The notes under the pieces are model-generated. The model did no database searches. It had not been told where the DNA came from and saw only the letters and a program-made list of their open reading frames with translations. From assembly GCF_001194135.2 (NCBI RefSeq), contig NC_068989.1:35082429-35135429 (forward strand): DNA of 53,001 bases, written 5' to 3'. The position numbers and the translations under genes were made by a program. Positions 12,394-24,253 of the stretch are shown piece by piece. Each line of letters opens with the position of its first letter. Position 1 is the first letter of the stretch. This DNA comes from Octopus bimaculoides. Taxonomy: Eukaryota.

Positions 12394-14230
12394 TCTATAC
12401 ATATATAAACGCATGTTGTCTGTTTGGATGTTTGTTTGTGTCAAGTTGCCGTCTACACCCGTTAACGAATTTTCGTGAAACTTTGCAAAAATGTTCAAGT
12501 AACATGCGGTTTGTTACTAGGCTCATTGAAGTTAATATACTTTCTTTTAATATCCAAGGAAAATAACCTATTCATTTTCCTAGCCAAGGGAAATAACCCA
12601 TTCATTTTCCTTTGATCACCCTAAACACTACCAAGCTCAAAGTTGATGGTCAAGGGATTGAAATTGACAACAGGTGGATCATGCCCCACAACCCATTGCT
12701 GTCTAAAACATTGCAGGCCCATGTTAATGTTGAATCATGCAACTCTATAAAAAAGTATTAAATATGTATGTAAATACATAAATAAGGGCTAAGATATGGC
12801 GGTTTTGGGACTTGAACAGGAGGGCAGGCAGGCAGATGAAATTTAGTAATATAAGCTGGGCAGGTATATATCCTCAAACGAAGGCTTCGAAATCCACGAG
12901 CGGTATCCAACAGTGGTGAATCTATCTGTACATCTTGAAAATGGCCAGCATGTATATTTCACAGAAGACAATGCGCGAAACGTCATTCTGAATCCACCAG
13001 AAGCCACTTTGACAGCTTTCTTCAAATTATGCCAATATGACCTGTTTTCCCGAACACTGTTGTATGTTGAGGTTCCTGTGTACTACACCTGGGTACACAA
13101 TAGATGGAACAGACGCAAGCAAAGAGCCCGCGTTGAGGGCTGGGAAGAACATGTTGTCTTCAGAGGTTGGGCTATCGGACGGGTGTACACTGTGCACCCT
13201 AACCAGCAGGTGTGCTTCTTTCTGCACCTACTGCTGCATACTGTCAGACCTTCGAAGACACAATGGGGAAGTCTGCATGACTTACAGAGAAGCCTGCGTC
13301 AAACAGGGACTACTGGAGGACGATGCTCACTGGGAGCAGGTACTGGATGAGGCAGCAATCAGAAGAGCACCAAGTAAACTGCGCCAGCTATTTTCTATCA
13401 TGTCGATGACATGTGGCTTGGGTGAACTTCTCAAGCTTTGGGCGACCCACAAAACCAGCATGGCAGAGGTCATCCTACAAAGGATTCAAAGGAAAACCTC
13501 AGCGGAAATTGCCATGTTCAATAACACCATTTACAATGAGGCATTACTTGACCTGGACACCCGAGTTTCAAGCTATGAGAGGTCGAGGCATTGCCACATT
13601 TGGTCTGCCTCAACCAGAGCAGGCAGCAAACAATTTCGTAATTGAGTACCTGTGAGAAATCAGCTGTGACATCGAGGAAATAGCGTATATAGCTGATAAC
13701 GAACACAAACTGATGGAGGACTAACTGGGTGTTTACAAGACCATTATTTCGAGCATTGAAAGTGAAAGAGGTATTTTCTTTTTTGATGCTCCATATGGAA
13801 CTGACAAGACATTTGTCATCAACCTTCTTCTGGCTAAACTGCTCCAAATGAAACACATTACCATAGCAGTAGCGTCAAGAGAAATAGCTGCAACTCTGCT
13901 AAGTGGTGGCCGCACAGCTCATTCCTGTTTCAAACTCCCTTTGGACCTGTCCAAGAAAGAGAAGGCAAACTGCAACATCAGTCGTGGTTCTATAAAAGCA
14001 AACTTCTGGGTGAATGCAGGTTGATCATGTGGGATGAGGTGACAATGAGCCATAAGGTTTCCTTTGAAGCTCTTGACATGGCCCTTCAGGATCTGAGACA
14101 CAACACCAGGCTCATGGGAGGTGCCACAGTCTTGCTTGCAGGAGATTTTAGACAAATCCTTCCCTTGGTTTCAAAGGGGACAAGAGCTGATGAGGTAAAT
14201 GCCAGCATAAAGTCTTACCTATGGCGTAGT
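12394..14230 (+). mobile_element. Helitron with 5' terminus and Rep/PIF1-like helicase pseudogene; 3' end missing
   Basis: A|TCTATACATATATAAA terminus. Fragments DNRWIMPHNP, AHVNVE, HLENGQHVYF, GRVYTVHP, GLLEDD, degenerate Walker A APYGTDKT, GGRTAHS, WDEVTM and GDFRQILP. Confidence 0.93.
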
Positions 14231-14231
14231 C

Positions 14232-16520
14232 AGTGACGACCAGCCTACCTTCTAGATCTGCAAAAATCAACTTTTTCTCAGAAACCCAGTTTCTTTTTAA
14301 TCGAACCAACATCCTGCTCCCGCTATGAGGACAGCACTGATGTTGCAGTTTGCTTTCTCTTTCTTGGACAGGTCCAAAGGGAGTTTGAAACAGGAATGAG
14401 CTGTGCGGCCACCACTTAGCAGAGTTGCAGCTATTTCTCTTGACGCTACTGCTATGGTAATGTGTTTCATTTGGAGCAGTTTAGCCAGAAGAAGGTTGAT
14501 GACAAATGTCTTGTCAGTTCCATATGGAGCATCAAAAAAGAAAATACCTCTTTCACTTTCAATGCTCGAAATAATGGTCTTGTAAACACCCAGTTAGTCC
14601 TCCATCAGTTTGTGTTGAAACTCTCGTAACTGTCCTCATAGCGGGAGATGAAACTCTCGTAACTGTCAAACAGCGGGAGCAGATCTCTTGGCCCCTTCAA
14701 CCGAGTTTCTGTAGCAACAACAACATCTAAATCCCGTGACCTGGCATCATTAAGGAGGCGTCCTTGCTTCCAACTAGACGTCAGGCCACGCACATTTATA
14801 CATCCAACATGAATGCTTGACATGGACTTACCTTAGTCAGTGGTACTCTCTTTTTCACTGGTTCGTGGGGTGATATTCTGACATAGGTCCTCGTACATCG
14901 ACTTGTTAAAATCAAGTCTTGGAGGACCCATGTCAGTTGGGTGGTAGTTTTTTAAGATGCGATAGTTCATTTTATCTATTTTATAAATGGCAATGTTTTC
15001 TGGAGTCTTATGGGGATGTTTGTAAATTGACGCCGTTGGTATTTNNNNNNNNNNNNNNNNNNNNNNNNNNNNNNNNNNNNNNNNNNNNNNNNNNNNNNNN
15101 NNNNNNNNNNNNNNNNNNNNNNNNNNNNNNNNNNNNNNNNNNNNNNNNNNNNNNNNNNNNNNNNNNNNNNNNNNNNNNNNNNNNNNNNNNNNNNNNNNNN
15201 NNNNNNNNNNNNNNNNNNNNNNNNNNNNNNNNNNNNNNNNNNNNNNNNNNNNNNNNNNNNNNNNNNNNNNNNNNNNNNNNNNNNNNNNNNNGGGGATTCA
15301 TCGCCGAGAGGGGAATAGGATGGGGAGGAATCTGATATTGTTGACTTTTGGGGGGGAATAGTGGTGGGCTGGGGTAATTTTTCTTTGAGTGTCCTGAGTT
15401 TTTCTTTTGGTTGTTGTAGGCTTGGGTTGGTGGTCGTTATTATTTTCCCTTTTTTGGGGTCTTACTACCGACCAGCCGTCTTTTTCCCCGGCTTGTTGAA
15501 CACCATCAGTGCCGGGGTTCTGCTGGTCGGTCTTTTGGTTTTGTTCTTTTTTCTTTTGTTCTTTTTTTCTTCTTTCTCCTTGCGGGCGGGGCAGTTTACT
15601 CGAATGTGGCCTTTTTCGCCACATTCGTAGCATCTGGGTTTCCTGCACTCTACCATTACCCGCAAGGTGGTTTCTTCTCCGATATGGATGTTCTCAGCAA
15701 TTTCTTCTAACGTCTGGGGGTGGGGCCGCTTGGATTATGGTCTGTAGCCCTTGGCTCTGCCAGTTCTGTTGTTGTATTCTGGAGGCTTCAATCATCTTGA
15801 TTTTATCCTCAAGCCCCATTAGAAGGGCTGAGATAATCCAGATGACATTTATTTCTGGTGGGATTTCCTCAATAACTATTTTGGATGTTCACCTACCCAT
15901 ATAAGTTGGTAATAAAATGACTTCATTTGTTTTTATCGGTTGGAGCGAGTGTTTTATAGCCTTTTCCTCATTTTTGAAGTACACCGCTACTGTGGCGTAT
16001 CTTCTCCCTCTGGTTAAGAACTCGATGTCTTGCCAGATTGGTTGTAGACACTTCTCGATTTGTTCTTTGAATGCCTTGTCTATTTTCTTATCTTTTATTA
16101 TCATTGTCTTATATGTTATTATTTTCCTCTTTGTTTCTTCGATGAGTTCGTCAGGGAGGGTGGCTTTTACATCAACATTTTCCCTTTCGAACATACCTCT
16201 GTGTTGACGCAGTGAATCTAGCTCTATGTTCAATTTATCTTTTCTCACACCGGCTGCGGTGGCAAAATTAATCTTCTTTTGGTTGTCTTCTGTTGAGTTT
16301 ACTTTTCCGTTATTCATTTTATCTTTTTCAGCATTTATGTTTCCTTCTTGGTTCCTTTTTCCGTTTACTGCATTTATGTGGCTTTAGTTCACATTTTCGT
16401 TCATTTTGTCTTGTTTTACAGTTGTTCTTTGGTTAGCTTGGTCAGGGTTAGAAGACTTGTCCTCCGAATTCATTTTCACAAAAATAAATATTTTCCAAAA
16501 TATTTTTTCCAAATTTAAGC
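14232..16520 (-). mobile_element. 5' half of an L1/Tx1-type LINE: ORF1 (about 16473-14835) and start of ORF2 endonuclease (14823 onward)
   Basis: ORF1 carries the CYECGEKGHIRVNC knuckle. ORF2 begins MSSIHVGCINVRGL...ATETRL and resumes as ...IFADLEGRLVV at 14255-14320 (APE motifs). Truncated against the Helitron. Confidence 0.88.
14336..14616 (-). repeat. 281-bp inverted copy of Helitron helicase segment 13702-13982, inserted in the LINE endonuclease
   Basis: Reverse-complement match with one mismatch seen. Confidence 0.95.
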
Positions 16521-16537
16521 AACAATAATAATAAATA

Positions 16538-16740
16538 ACTAGAAAAGTACTCGGAGAGCGCAGACCTCCGCCAAGCAGCTAATTTCCACCCATATACACG
16601 CATGCTGAAAATCCCCCACCATTACCACCATCACCTCAGCATCACACATCACACTGCTCCTGTCGCCATTATAACCACCGATACTATTTTATCCTCCTCC
16701 CATTCTTATCTCGACCATCGTCATCATCAATAGTCTCTGC
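16538..16740 (-). mobile_element. DINE-1/HINE-like element, 3' fragment
   Basis: Reverse complement of the 3' end and internal part of 26717-27453. Confidence 0.8.
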
Positions 16741-17067
16741 TTTCACCACAATCACCGTCAAAACTACAATCACCACAATCAGTTTCTTTACACAGTTGAA
16801 AATCTTTTATCCGATACTCATGGGACCGAGATTGTTGCAGATTTTTGATTTTTCTAATTTCGGAGTGCTTTATTAAAAAAAAAAAATTGCATCTACAAAA
16901 CGGAACAGTGTGAGGATAGAAACCAGGTCTAAACACAATAGATTATAGACATACTCTGAATGTAGTTCTATATAAATCTTTAATAATTTTTTTTATACTT
17001 AAGACCATCATAAATGTTAAGATATCACCCTCTACCCACGTTGTTATGCTTTCATTAGGTTACAGCA

Positions 17068-17636
17068 TAGATTAGATTACTTATATAAGTTTCGGCCGAA
17101 GCTGACTCAGGCCGTGTCTAATTTAATAGCACCACCTGGAAGAGATAAACAGTCAGCCCTGGGGAACCGTAGCCCATTCAAACAGAGGGTTATTGTTTTC
17201 AGAGACATATCTGGGTAAAAACACCCAGATATATCTGGTATTTGTTGGAGGGGTAATCATTTAGGGATTGTTTGAATGCCGTGAAGTCACTTTCCTCCTT
17301 TATGTGTGTCTGGCACGATGTTGAAGAGAGGAGGGCCAATTGAAGTGAAATAGTTCTGTCATAGTGTTGTGATACGACACGAACATTTCTGTAGTGGACG
17401 GCTGGCACAGGGGTCAAGCCTCGGACGAATTTTAAAGATAGGCAATGTTGATGGAATATTTTCCACATCATACAGATGATATAGAGCTCACAGCGGCGGT
17501 GGAGTGAACAAAGCCTNNNNNNNNNNATTTTCCACATCATACAGATGATATAGAGCTCACAGCGGCGGTGGAGTGAACAAAGCCTGAGCTTTTTGAGTCG
17601 ATCTCAATAGTCAAGGCTTGTCATATCATCCTCCAC
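17068..17636 (-). mobile_element. CR1/L2-like LINE 3' fragment
   Basis: RLKKLRLCSLHRRCELYIICMMWKI and FTSIGPPLFNI, then a 3' UTR ending GGCCGAAAC...TAAGTAATCTAATCTA. Confidence 0.8.
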
Positions 17637-18025
17637 AGATCTCCGCCAAGCAGCTCATTTCAAGATAGATACGCGAGTAAAATTACTAATAGAGAAACGA
17701 AAATAAACTTTGGAAACAGTAACGCCACCATAGGTTACGTGGAAACGATGAACGTGTTTTCAAGGGAGATAATCACAGAATGTAACATTGTAATACTTCA
17801 TGTAAAGTAAATATAACAAATAAAAAAGCCTTCAAGAATCCATAAAATTTCCCGGATCACTATCAAAATTTCATCATCTGTTCCTCGTGTCATTACCAAC
17901 TTTTCCTGCACGTTTTATCAAATACCGTTCACAACTTTTTGAGTTATTTTGCACACAGACGGACAGACGGACAAACCAACGCCGATGTAAACATAACCTC
18001 CTTCCTTGGCGGAGGTAAAAATAAC
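17636..18025 (-). mobile_element. DINE-1/HINE-like (Helentron-associated) element
   Basis: Subterminal inverted repeats CCTCCGCCAAG / CTTGGCGGAG and a (GTCT/GTCC)n tract. Homologous to 26717-27030. Confidence 0.8.
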
Positions 18026-18076
18026 AATTACTAACCAAAATCTCGCAAAGACAAATTAACTGCAGCTTGCTAACGA

Positions 18077-19788
18077 TTCTTATTTCTTTATTGCCCACAA
18101 GGAGCCAACAAAGAGGAGACAACACAAAGACATATGGGCACACATAACAAATAAAAGAAAAAGGAGAAAAGCGTATGATATAATGAATGATAAAATGAAG
18201 ATGGAAAATGGAATGAAGTTTCCTCAGCCATGAAGTTTCCTCAGCCATGAAGTTTCCTCAGCCATGAAGTTTCCTCTGAGTTATTTCATTTTACCTCTGT
18301 TCTTTTTTCCTTTTGAAACTGAAGCCTTCCAAAATGTCCACTCCGTACTCCTTCAGTAAGAACGTGTAATCCATATTCTCTGGCAGATTTTGAATGTTTA
18401 GATCAACTTGCCATATTTTATATCCTTTTTTAAATTTTAAAACTTTCTCTCTTTGGTTTTCGTCCAACAACAGGCAGCAATGCCACCCTTATACGTTGTC
18501 GAACCTGTGAGTGTCCACCGCTCTAATGTCTTTCCACTTTTTTATCTCTTCACACAAATTTTTATTTGTGTTATCGTACATTATTACGTTGTTTCCTTTC
18601 TTCCTTTTTTCCGGGGGAGGGGAGGTCGAATTACTTGTGTCTGCCTGTGTTTGTTTTCGTGTTGGAGGTGGGGGCGGGGGTAGGTTCAGTTTCTGTAGGG
18701 AGCGGGTGGGGAGAAGAGGGTGTGGATGGGGTGGGTTTCCGTATTTATTTTCTCTTCCTTTTCTTTCCTGGTGTCACCCATTCGTCTTCAGTTCCGCTTG
18801 CTTGCTTCTTCTTCTGTTACTGCTGGTGGTATTGTTTCCTCCTTTTTATTTTCCCGGTTCTAGAGGACAGTTTGCTCTAATGTGGCCTTTCTGGCCGCAC
18901 TTGAAGCATTGAGGAGTCCTACCCTCTAATCTGACCATAATTATTATATCTTCCATTGCTATGGTCTCCGGTAATTCTTCAATAATCTCTTTCGGCCCCT
19001 GTATAACCATGTTTAGTGTTTGGCCTTTCCAATTCCTACTTTCTGTCCAAGTGGCCTGGAGAACCGCTATCTCTTCTTCATTACCGAGTAAGACAGCGGC
19101 TGCTATCCAGGCTGCGTCAACCTCTGATGGGATTCCTTCCACACTGACCTTTACCGAGCGTCTTCCATGGTACGTAGGCAACAGCACCACTTCGTCGCTC
19201 TTTAAAAAATAATTGCCGCATTCAATCTTGCCCTGTCTGCATTTTTAAACTTTACTTCAATCGTTCCGTACTTGGCTCCTCTGGCAAGATACTTTATCTC
19301 TTGCCAGATTGGCCCCAGTGTCCTCTCCACCCGAGTCGCTGTCACAAATTTAATCCTGCCAGCTGCCACCAAATGTGTCCTGCATGCAACAGCACCCTCC
19401 CTTCTGTTGACAATCAGTTCCTTAGGAGGGCCCAACTCCACATTGGTTCCTTCTCACCTCACCATCCCTGAACAACTCTTCCATTCAACCCATTCCACTC
19501 GATGCTCTTCAATCCCTGCAATCCCCGCAAAGCTTCCATCCTCTCTCACCTGCCCCTCTATCCCACTCCACGAAGCACATGACAGCTCTGACCGTTCCGA
19601 AGAGGACAGCTATGAGCAGCCTAACTCCGAGTCGTAGATATCCTTCAACACCTTCACCCGGTCCACCCACCCCCTCTATGAGGAGGGAAAGCACAAACAA
19701 ACTGCCACAAGGCAGCACAAACAAAAACCCGTTATCCAGAAAGTTGACAAAACAACAACTCTGCACACCTCGGCGTGCAGTCCATGAT
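18077..19788 (-). mobile_element. ORF1-only 'half-LINE' derived from the L1/Tx1-type family
   Basis: 13-bp TSD TCGTTAGCA(T/A)GC(C/T) at 19789-19801 and 18064-18076. Interrupted ORF1 (about 19683-18291) with CFKCGQKGHIRANC. About 200-bp 3' UTR containing a 17-mer repeated about 3.8 times (18213-18276). Tail GTGGGCAATAAAGAAATAAGAA. No ORF2 remnant seen. Confidence 0.82.
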
Positions 19789-19801
19789 GGCATGCTAACG
19801 A

Positions 19802-20036
19802 TTCTTATTTCTTTATTGCCCACAAGGGGCTAAACACAGAGGGGACAAACAAGGACAGACAAAGGTATTAAGTCGATTACATCGACTCCAGTGCGTAACT
19901 GGTACTTAATTTATCGACCCCGAAAGGATGAAAGGCAAAGTCGACCTCGGCGGAATTTGAACTCAGAACGTAACGGCAGACGAAATACCGCTAAGCATTT
20001 CGTCTGGCGCGCTAACGATTCTGCCAGCTCGCCGCC
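19802..20036 (-). mobile_element. SINE family B: family A body with the LINE 3' tail
   Basis: Same as family A up to CGACTTAAT, then TTTGTCTGTCCTTGTTTGTCCCCTCTGTGTTTAGCCCCTTGTGGGCAATAAAGAAATAAGAA. Confidence 0.9.
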
Positions 20037-20059
20037 TTCTTAGTTATAATTTTTGTTTC

Positions 20060-20280
20060 AAACTTTGGCACAAGACTAGCAATTTTAGGTGGAGAGGGTT
20101 AGTCGATTACATCAAACCCAGTGCTCATCTGGAATTTATTTTCTAGACTCGGAAACGATGAAAGGTAAAACTGATCTCGGCGTAAATTGAAATCAAAATA
20201 TAAAGAGCCCGAACAAATACCGCAAAATATTATTTTTCTCGACACTAACGATTCTGCAGAAAACTAATCCATGTTGGTTC
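20060..20280 (-). mobile_element. Degenerate SINE family A
   Basis: TTTGGCACAAG...GTCGATTACATC...CTAACGATTCTGC. Confidence 0.75.
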
Positions 20281-21717
20281 CAACTTGCTTCAATAAAGAA
20301 GGATTTCACAATTTATATTATTTTTAAACCCCCACTATTACCACCCTGAAATATACCAGCCCTATCTCAGTTGAAGCTCTTGCATTGTCTGCATTTAGCA
20401 TTAACGTCTGGTTATTTGACATCATAGACATTTCGTTGGTTCATCTTTCTTTTAAATCACCATCATTATCACCCCACTAGTAACCTGAATGACCCCAATA
20501 TTCACTGTACCCTAACCTATTCTCCTTAGACGCCTTTAAAATAAAATAAAATAAAATAAATAAAGAAGGCCAAAACTTAAAAAATATACCAATGTTCTTT
20601 TTCTTTTAAAGAGAAAAATGAAAACGCAGTTTTTTTTTTAAAAGAAAAGCAGTTTTGTTTATTAGATGTTTGCTCTGGTTTCATTTACTATTTACTAGAT
20701 AATTTTATTGCTTTTATACAGTAGTTTTTGTTTATGTATTTAAGCTTACATTTGTTTATGTTTTTAAGCTTATAGAAGCAAACACACACATACATATACA
20801 CATACATACAAACATACATATGCACATATATATGCATATGCATACATATAATTATACTGGTCGGCAAAATTAAGTGTATTATACTAATTATGAATACAAA
20901 CCAACATTTTAAGAGTAATTTTTCATGCTGATTTCAAAATTTCACTCTTTTTGTATGCAGCACGTATCACTTTTTCAATAGATGTATGCAAATATTTACA
21001 TATTTGTATATATGAAATCATTAACGTAATAAATAAGGAGAAAGTAAATGAGTTTATTGAGTTGAAAATCATTACTATCATTCTACAAAGAGTGAATACA
21101 CAAAAAATGGGTCAGACAAAAAGTTAGAACAACAGAGTTAGAAACATTGTGATATGAATTTACTGCGGTGTTCTGATCTGGTTGATCACGGTAAAGTGTC
21201 CAGCAGTAGTCAGCCAGCATACTGTCATTCCAGAAGCCTTGGTACCGTTCCTCCATAGCATCAATGACCTAGTGAAATCTTTCACCATGTTCATCAGACA
21301 CTGCTCTAAGGTTATCTGCGAGGAAATCCAGATGGAAGTCCAAGAAGTGAACTTTCAGTGACATGCGACAACCCATTACTGAATAACATTTCAGAAGATT
21401 CTTGATGCCATCCTTGTAGTCTATTGCCTTCTTTGTTGCCCAAGAAATTCTCACAGATTCAATTGAAAGCATTCCAGACAGGCTGTTCAGTTCATCCATT
21501 ATTGTCTTGAAGTTGACATCTTTGAGTACTTCTCTAATTTGAGGTCCGACAAAGATACCATCTTTCAACTTCGCCTGTGTGATTTTGGGAAACTTTTCTA
21601 CAATATACTCAAAACCTCTGGCATTTCTCTTCCCTAGTGTCTTTACAAACTGTTTCATCAGTCCAAGCTTTATGTGCAAAGGAGGCAATAAGATATTACA
21701 TGGATCTACAATAGGTG

Positions 21718-22678
21718 TGTAAAAACTAACACTTCCTTTTTCCGAGCTGAGTGGCCAGTGGTAGATCAGACGAGCGAGAATCTTTAAATTTGGTTTCGAA
21801 TCTCAGCTCGGAAAAAGGAAGTGTTAGTTTTTACACTACCCCACTTCTAGTGAGAAAGCCACAGAGATCGAACTATACAGATGCGTGTAATATTGACATG
21901 TATTCATTTGTCTGTAAATTACACTGTATCCTTTTTCTGCATTACACACAAAATCACACATTTTCAATATCACACGCATCTGTATCGTTCGATCTCTGTT
22001 GCTTTCTCACTAGAAGCGGGGTAGTATAAAAGCAAACACCTCCTTTTTCCGAGCTGAGATTCGAAACCGAATCTAAAGATTCTCGCTCGTCTGATCCACC
22101 ACTGGCCAAACAGGCGCGAAAGAAAAGTGATGGATGGTTTTCCCTTCGACCTACGACCTGAGCCGCATCATTTAAAGTTCAAGTGGACAGGAGGCGACCT
22201 ACATAGGTAGGAATTACTCCTATGGTATGTCTGTCCTTCTAACTGTCATAACCATTATAAATACAGTCAGACATACGACAGTGGCAGAGAACCATCACCA
22301 GGCGAACTGTCAAGAGGCAGCCTTGCGCCAGTTAAGCAGCCAACAGAGAACCACATATTCAGCATGTACGACCCAACATAGTAGCAGTCGCAGAACATAA
22401 ATAGACACCATTGAATGATCAACGCACACACAGACGCTAAACATGCCCGGTTCTACCTGATCATATCGACACAGTATTTACCCTGTTATTTTCTTCTTAG
22501 CCAACTCGAAGTAATTTGGTAACGACATGTAGTGAATTTTTTGGTGTAAATGCAATTGTCCTTTAAATAAATTATTTAAACCACTATCCGATGCTTTCCC
22601 ATTGTTTTACTTTGATGTCGTCCGCATGCCTATTTCATCTGCTACCTCAACATCTTTTGCTTCACCTTTCCCTCGACA
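21718..22678 (+). mobile_element. Probable solo LTR inserted in the transposase
   Basis: TG...CA ends with GGTG direct repeat (21714-21717, 22679-22682). TATAAATA near 22256 and AATAAA near 22566. Confidence 0.6.
21752..22108. mobile_element. MITE with 145-bp TIRs
   Basis: Arms 21752-21896 and 21964-22108, beginning TGGCCAGTGG, roughly 92% identical. Confidence 0.9.
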
Positions 22679-24253
22679 GGTGTATTCTTGACGCTAGATA
22701 GTCCTGGCTGGTATGATGTTCTTGTTTGCCAGTTTGATTCCGAATAATGTCTGTCAGTTGCCCGACTATCCGATAGACACAAGAAACAACAGTATTTTGT
22801 GAAACCTGACTGCATTCCCATTAACATTCCAATGACTTTTAAATCTCCACATATTTTCCATGAGTATCTTTCATAGGCAATGGTATGAAGTAAAAATTCC
22901 ATATTCTCATAAGATTTATGAAGATGAACGGAGTGTGCAATAGGAATGGAGGGCTTCAAATTACCATTATGGAGATGTACAACTTTTAAACTTCGTTTTG
23001 AAGAATCAATAAACAAACGCCACTCTGCAGGATCTTGATTTCGTAATAAGCATCGATGTTACTGCAAAAGCAAAGCAGGCCTTCAACAGAAAAACACGTT
23101 TGTAGAACCACATTTCTCTGCCGAAAATAAGTTAGATGAACACCGTGCTCTAGCAGAAACTTCTCCTTTAGTCTTGATGCCAACAGCTCTGCTTCATCTT
23201 TCAGTTCAACCTGGGAAAATTTCGGAGGTTCAAAGCTATCGTCATCAGCCACGTAATCTTTCTCAACAGCACTATCGTGACAGTCAGCATCATCATCGGA
23301 AGTTTCAATACCATCATCTGGTGGAACTGGAATTGGCAGGCTTCCATTGTGAGGCACAGGTCTCATTGCAGAATCCAAATTGGGATGCACAATTTTGTGT
23401 TTATTCTTCATAGAAAATCCTGTGACATTTACTTTGCAAAATTAACAGTCATTAAAATGGTCTTTCGGCTCCCTCCAAATCATTGGAATGTCAAAAAGAA
23501 CGGACTTATTATTATTGAGCCATTCACGTAAGCCATTTGAGCAAGCTGAGCAGATAAAATGTGGTGCCCATAACTTGCCCCGATTTCCAAGAGGACAATC
23601 AAAGTATAGCTTATAAATCTTCTTGATCTTTGGTGTTATTGTACGTTTTTGAGCTTTCACAATAAATTGTCCATAGATATAACAAACACATCAGGACGAT
23701 TTCTACACTGTCTTGACATTACTAATACTGTAAAACAAGTAAAGAAATAGATACAAACGGTTATACTTATATTGAATTTGAGATGATGAAATATTTCATC
23801 AGACCAATTTTTGACTGGACAAGTTGAGATGTTGAAATATCGATTTATCAGACTAAACTTGACTGGTTAATTTAAGATGATGAAATATTGCATCTGAACT
23901 ATGCAGCAATGAATAATGTAATCTATCTTAAATATATGTTTCCATGATGTAAATGAAATACATGCACACGTCATTAATTGGAGTTTCTATATTATGCATG
24001 AGCTAAAACCCCAAAACTTTTTCATCTTGAAAATTGTACGTGATGTCAAAAATCTAATTGTATATTTGAAATCAGCATTAAAAACTACATAAAGTACACC
24101 TTGACATATGCTTGATGAAAAATACTTGTTGACCAGCGTTATTACAGAATATGTGTGTGTGTGTGTGTGTACATACATTCGTACATGCATACATGTATGC
24201 ATACATGCATAAATGATTGTATGTATACATATATACATATATGCATGCACACA

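Larger units (their letters stand above)
21100..23719 (-). pseudogene. Chapaev3-type transposase pseudogene
   Basis: Zinc-finger region WAPHFICSAC...IPMIWREPKDHFNDC, then DSSKRSLK, ICGDLKV, TKYCCFLC, LPPLHIKLGL and SDEHGERFH. The frame rejoins as KNTP|IVD across the 21718-22678 insert. Superfamily assigned from recalled motifs. Confidence 0.85.
20855..24138 (-). mobile_element. Chapaev3 (CMC) DNA transposon with nested insertions
   Basis: Termini TACTGGTC / GACCAGCG (degenerate CACTGGTC). TTA TSD at 20852-20854 and 24139-24141. Transposase remnants lie inside. Confidence 0.8.

Noticed and set aside
13733-14585. Identical 60-aa ORFs (MRPPLSRV...) on opposite strands
   Set aside because: They are the antisense reading of the Helitron helicase and its inverted copy, not a gene pair.
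17459-17586. Exact ~58-bp duplication inside the CR1 fragment
   Set aside because: It flanks a 10-N gap, which is typical of an unmerged contig overlap.
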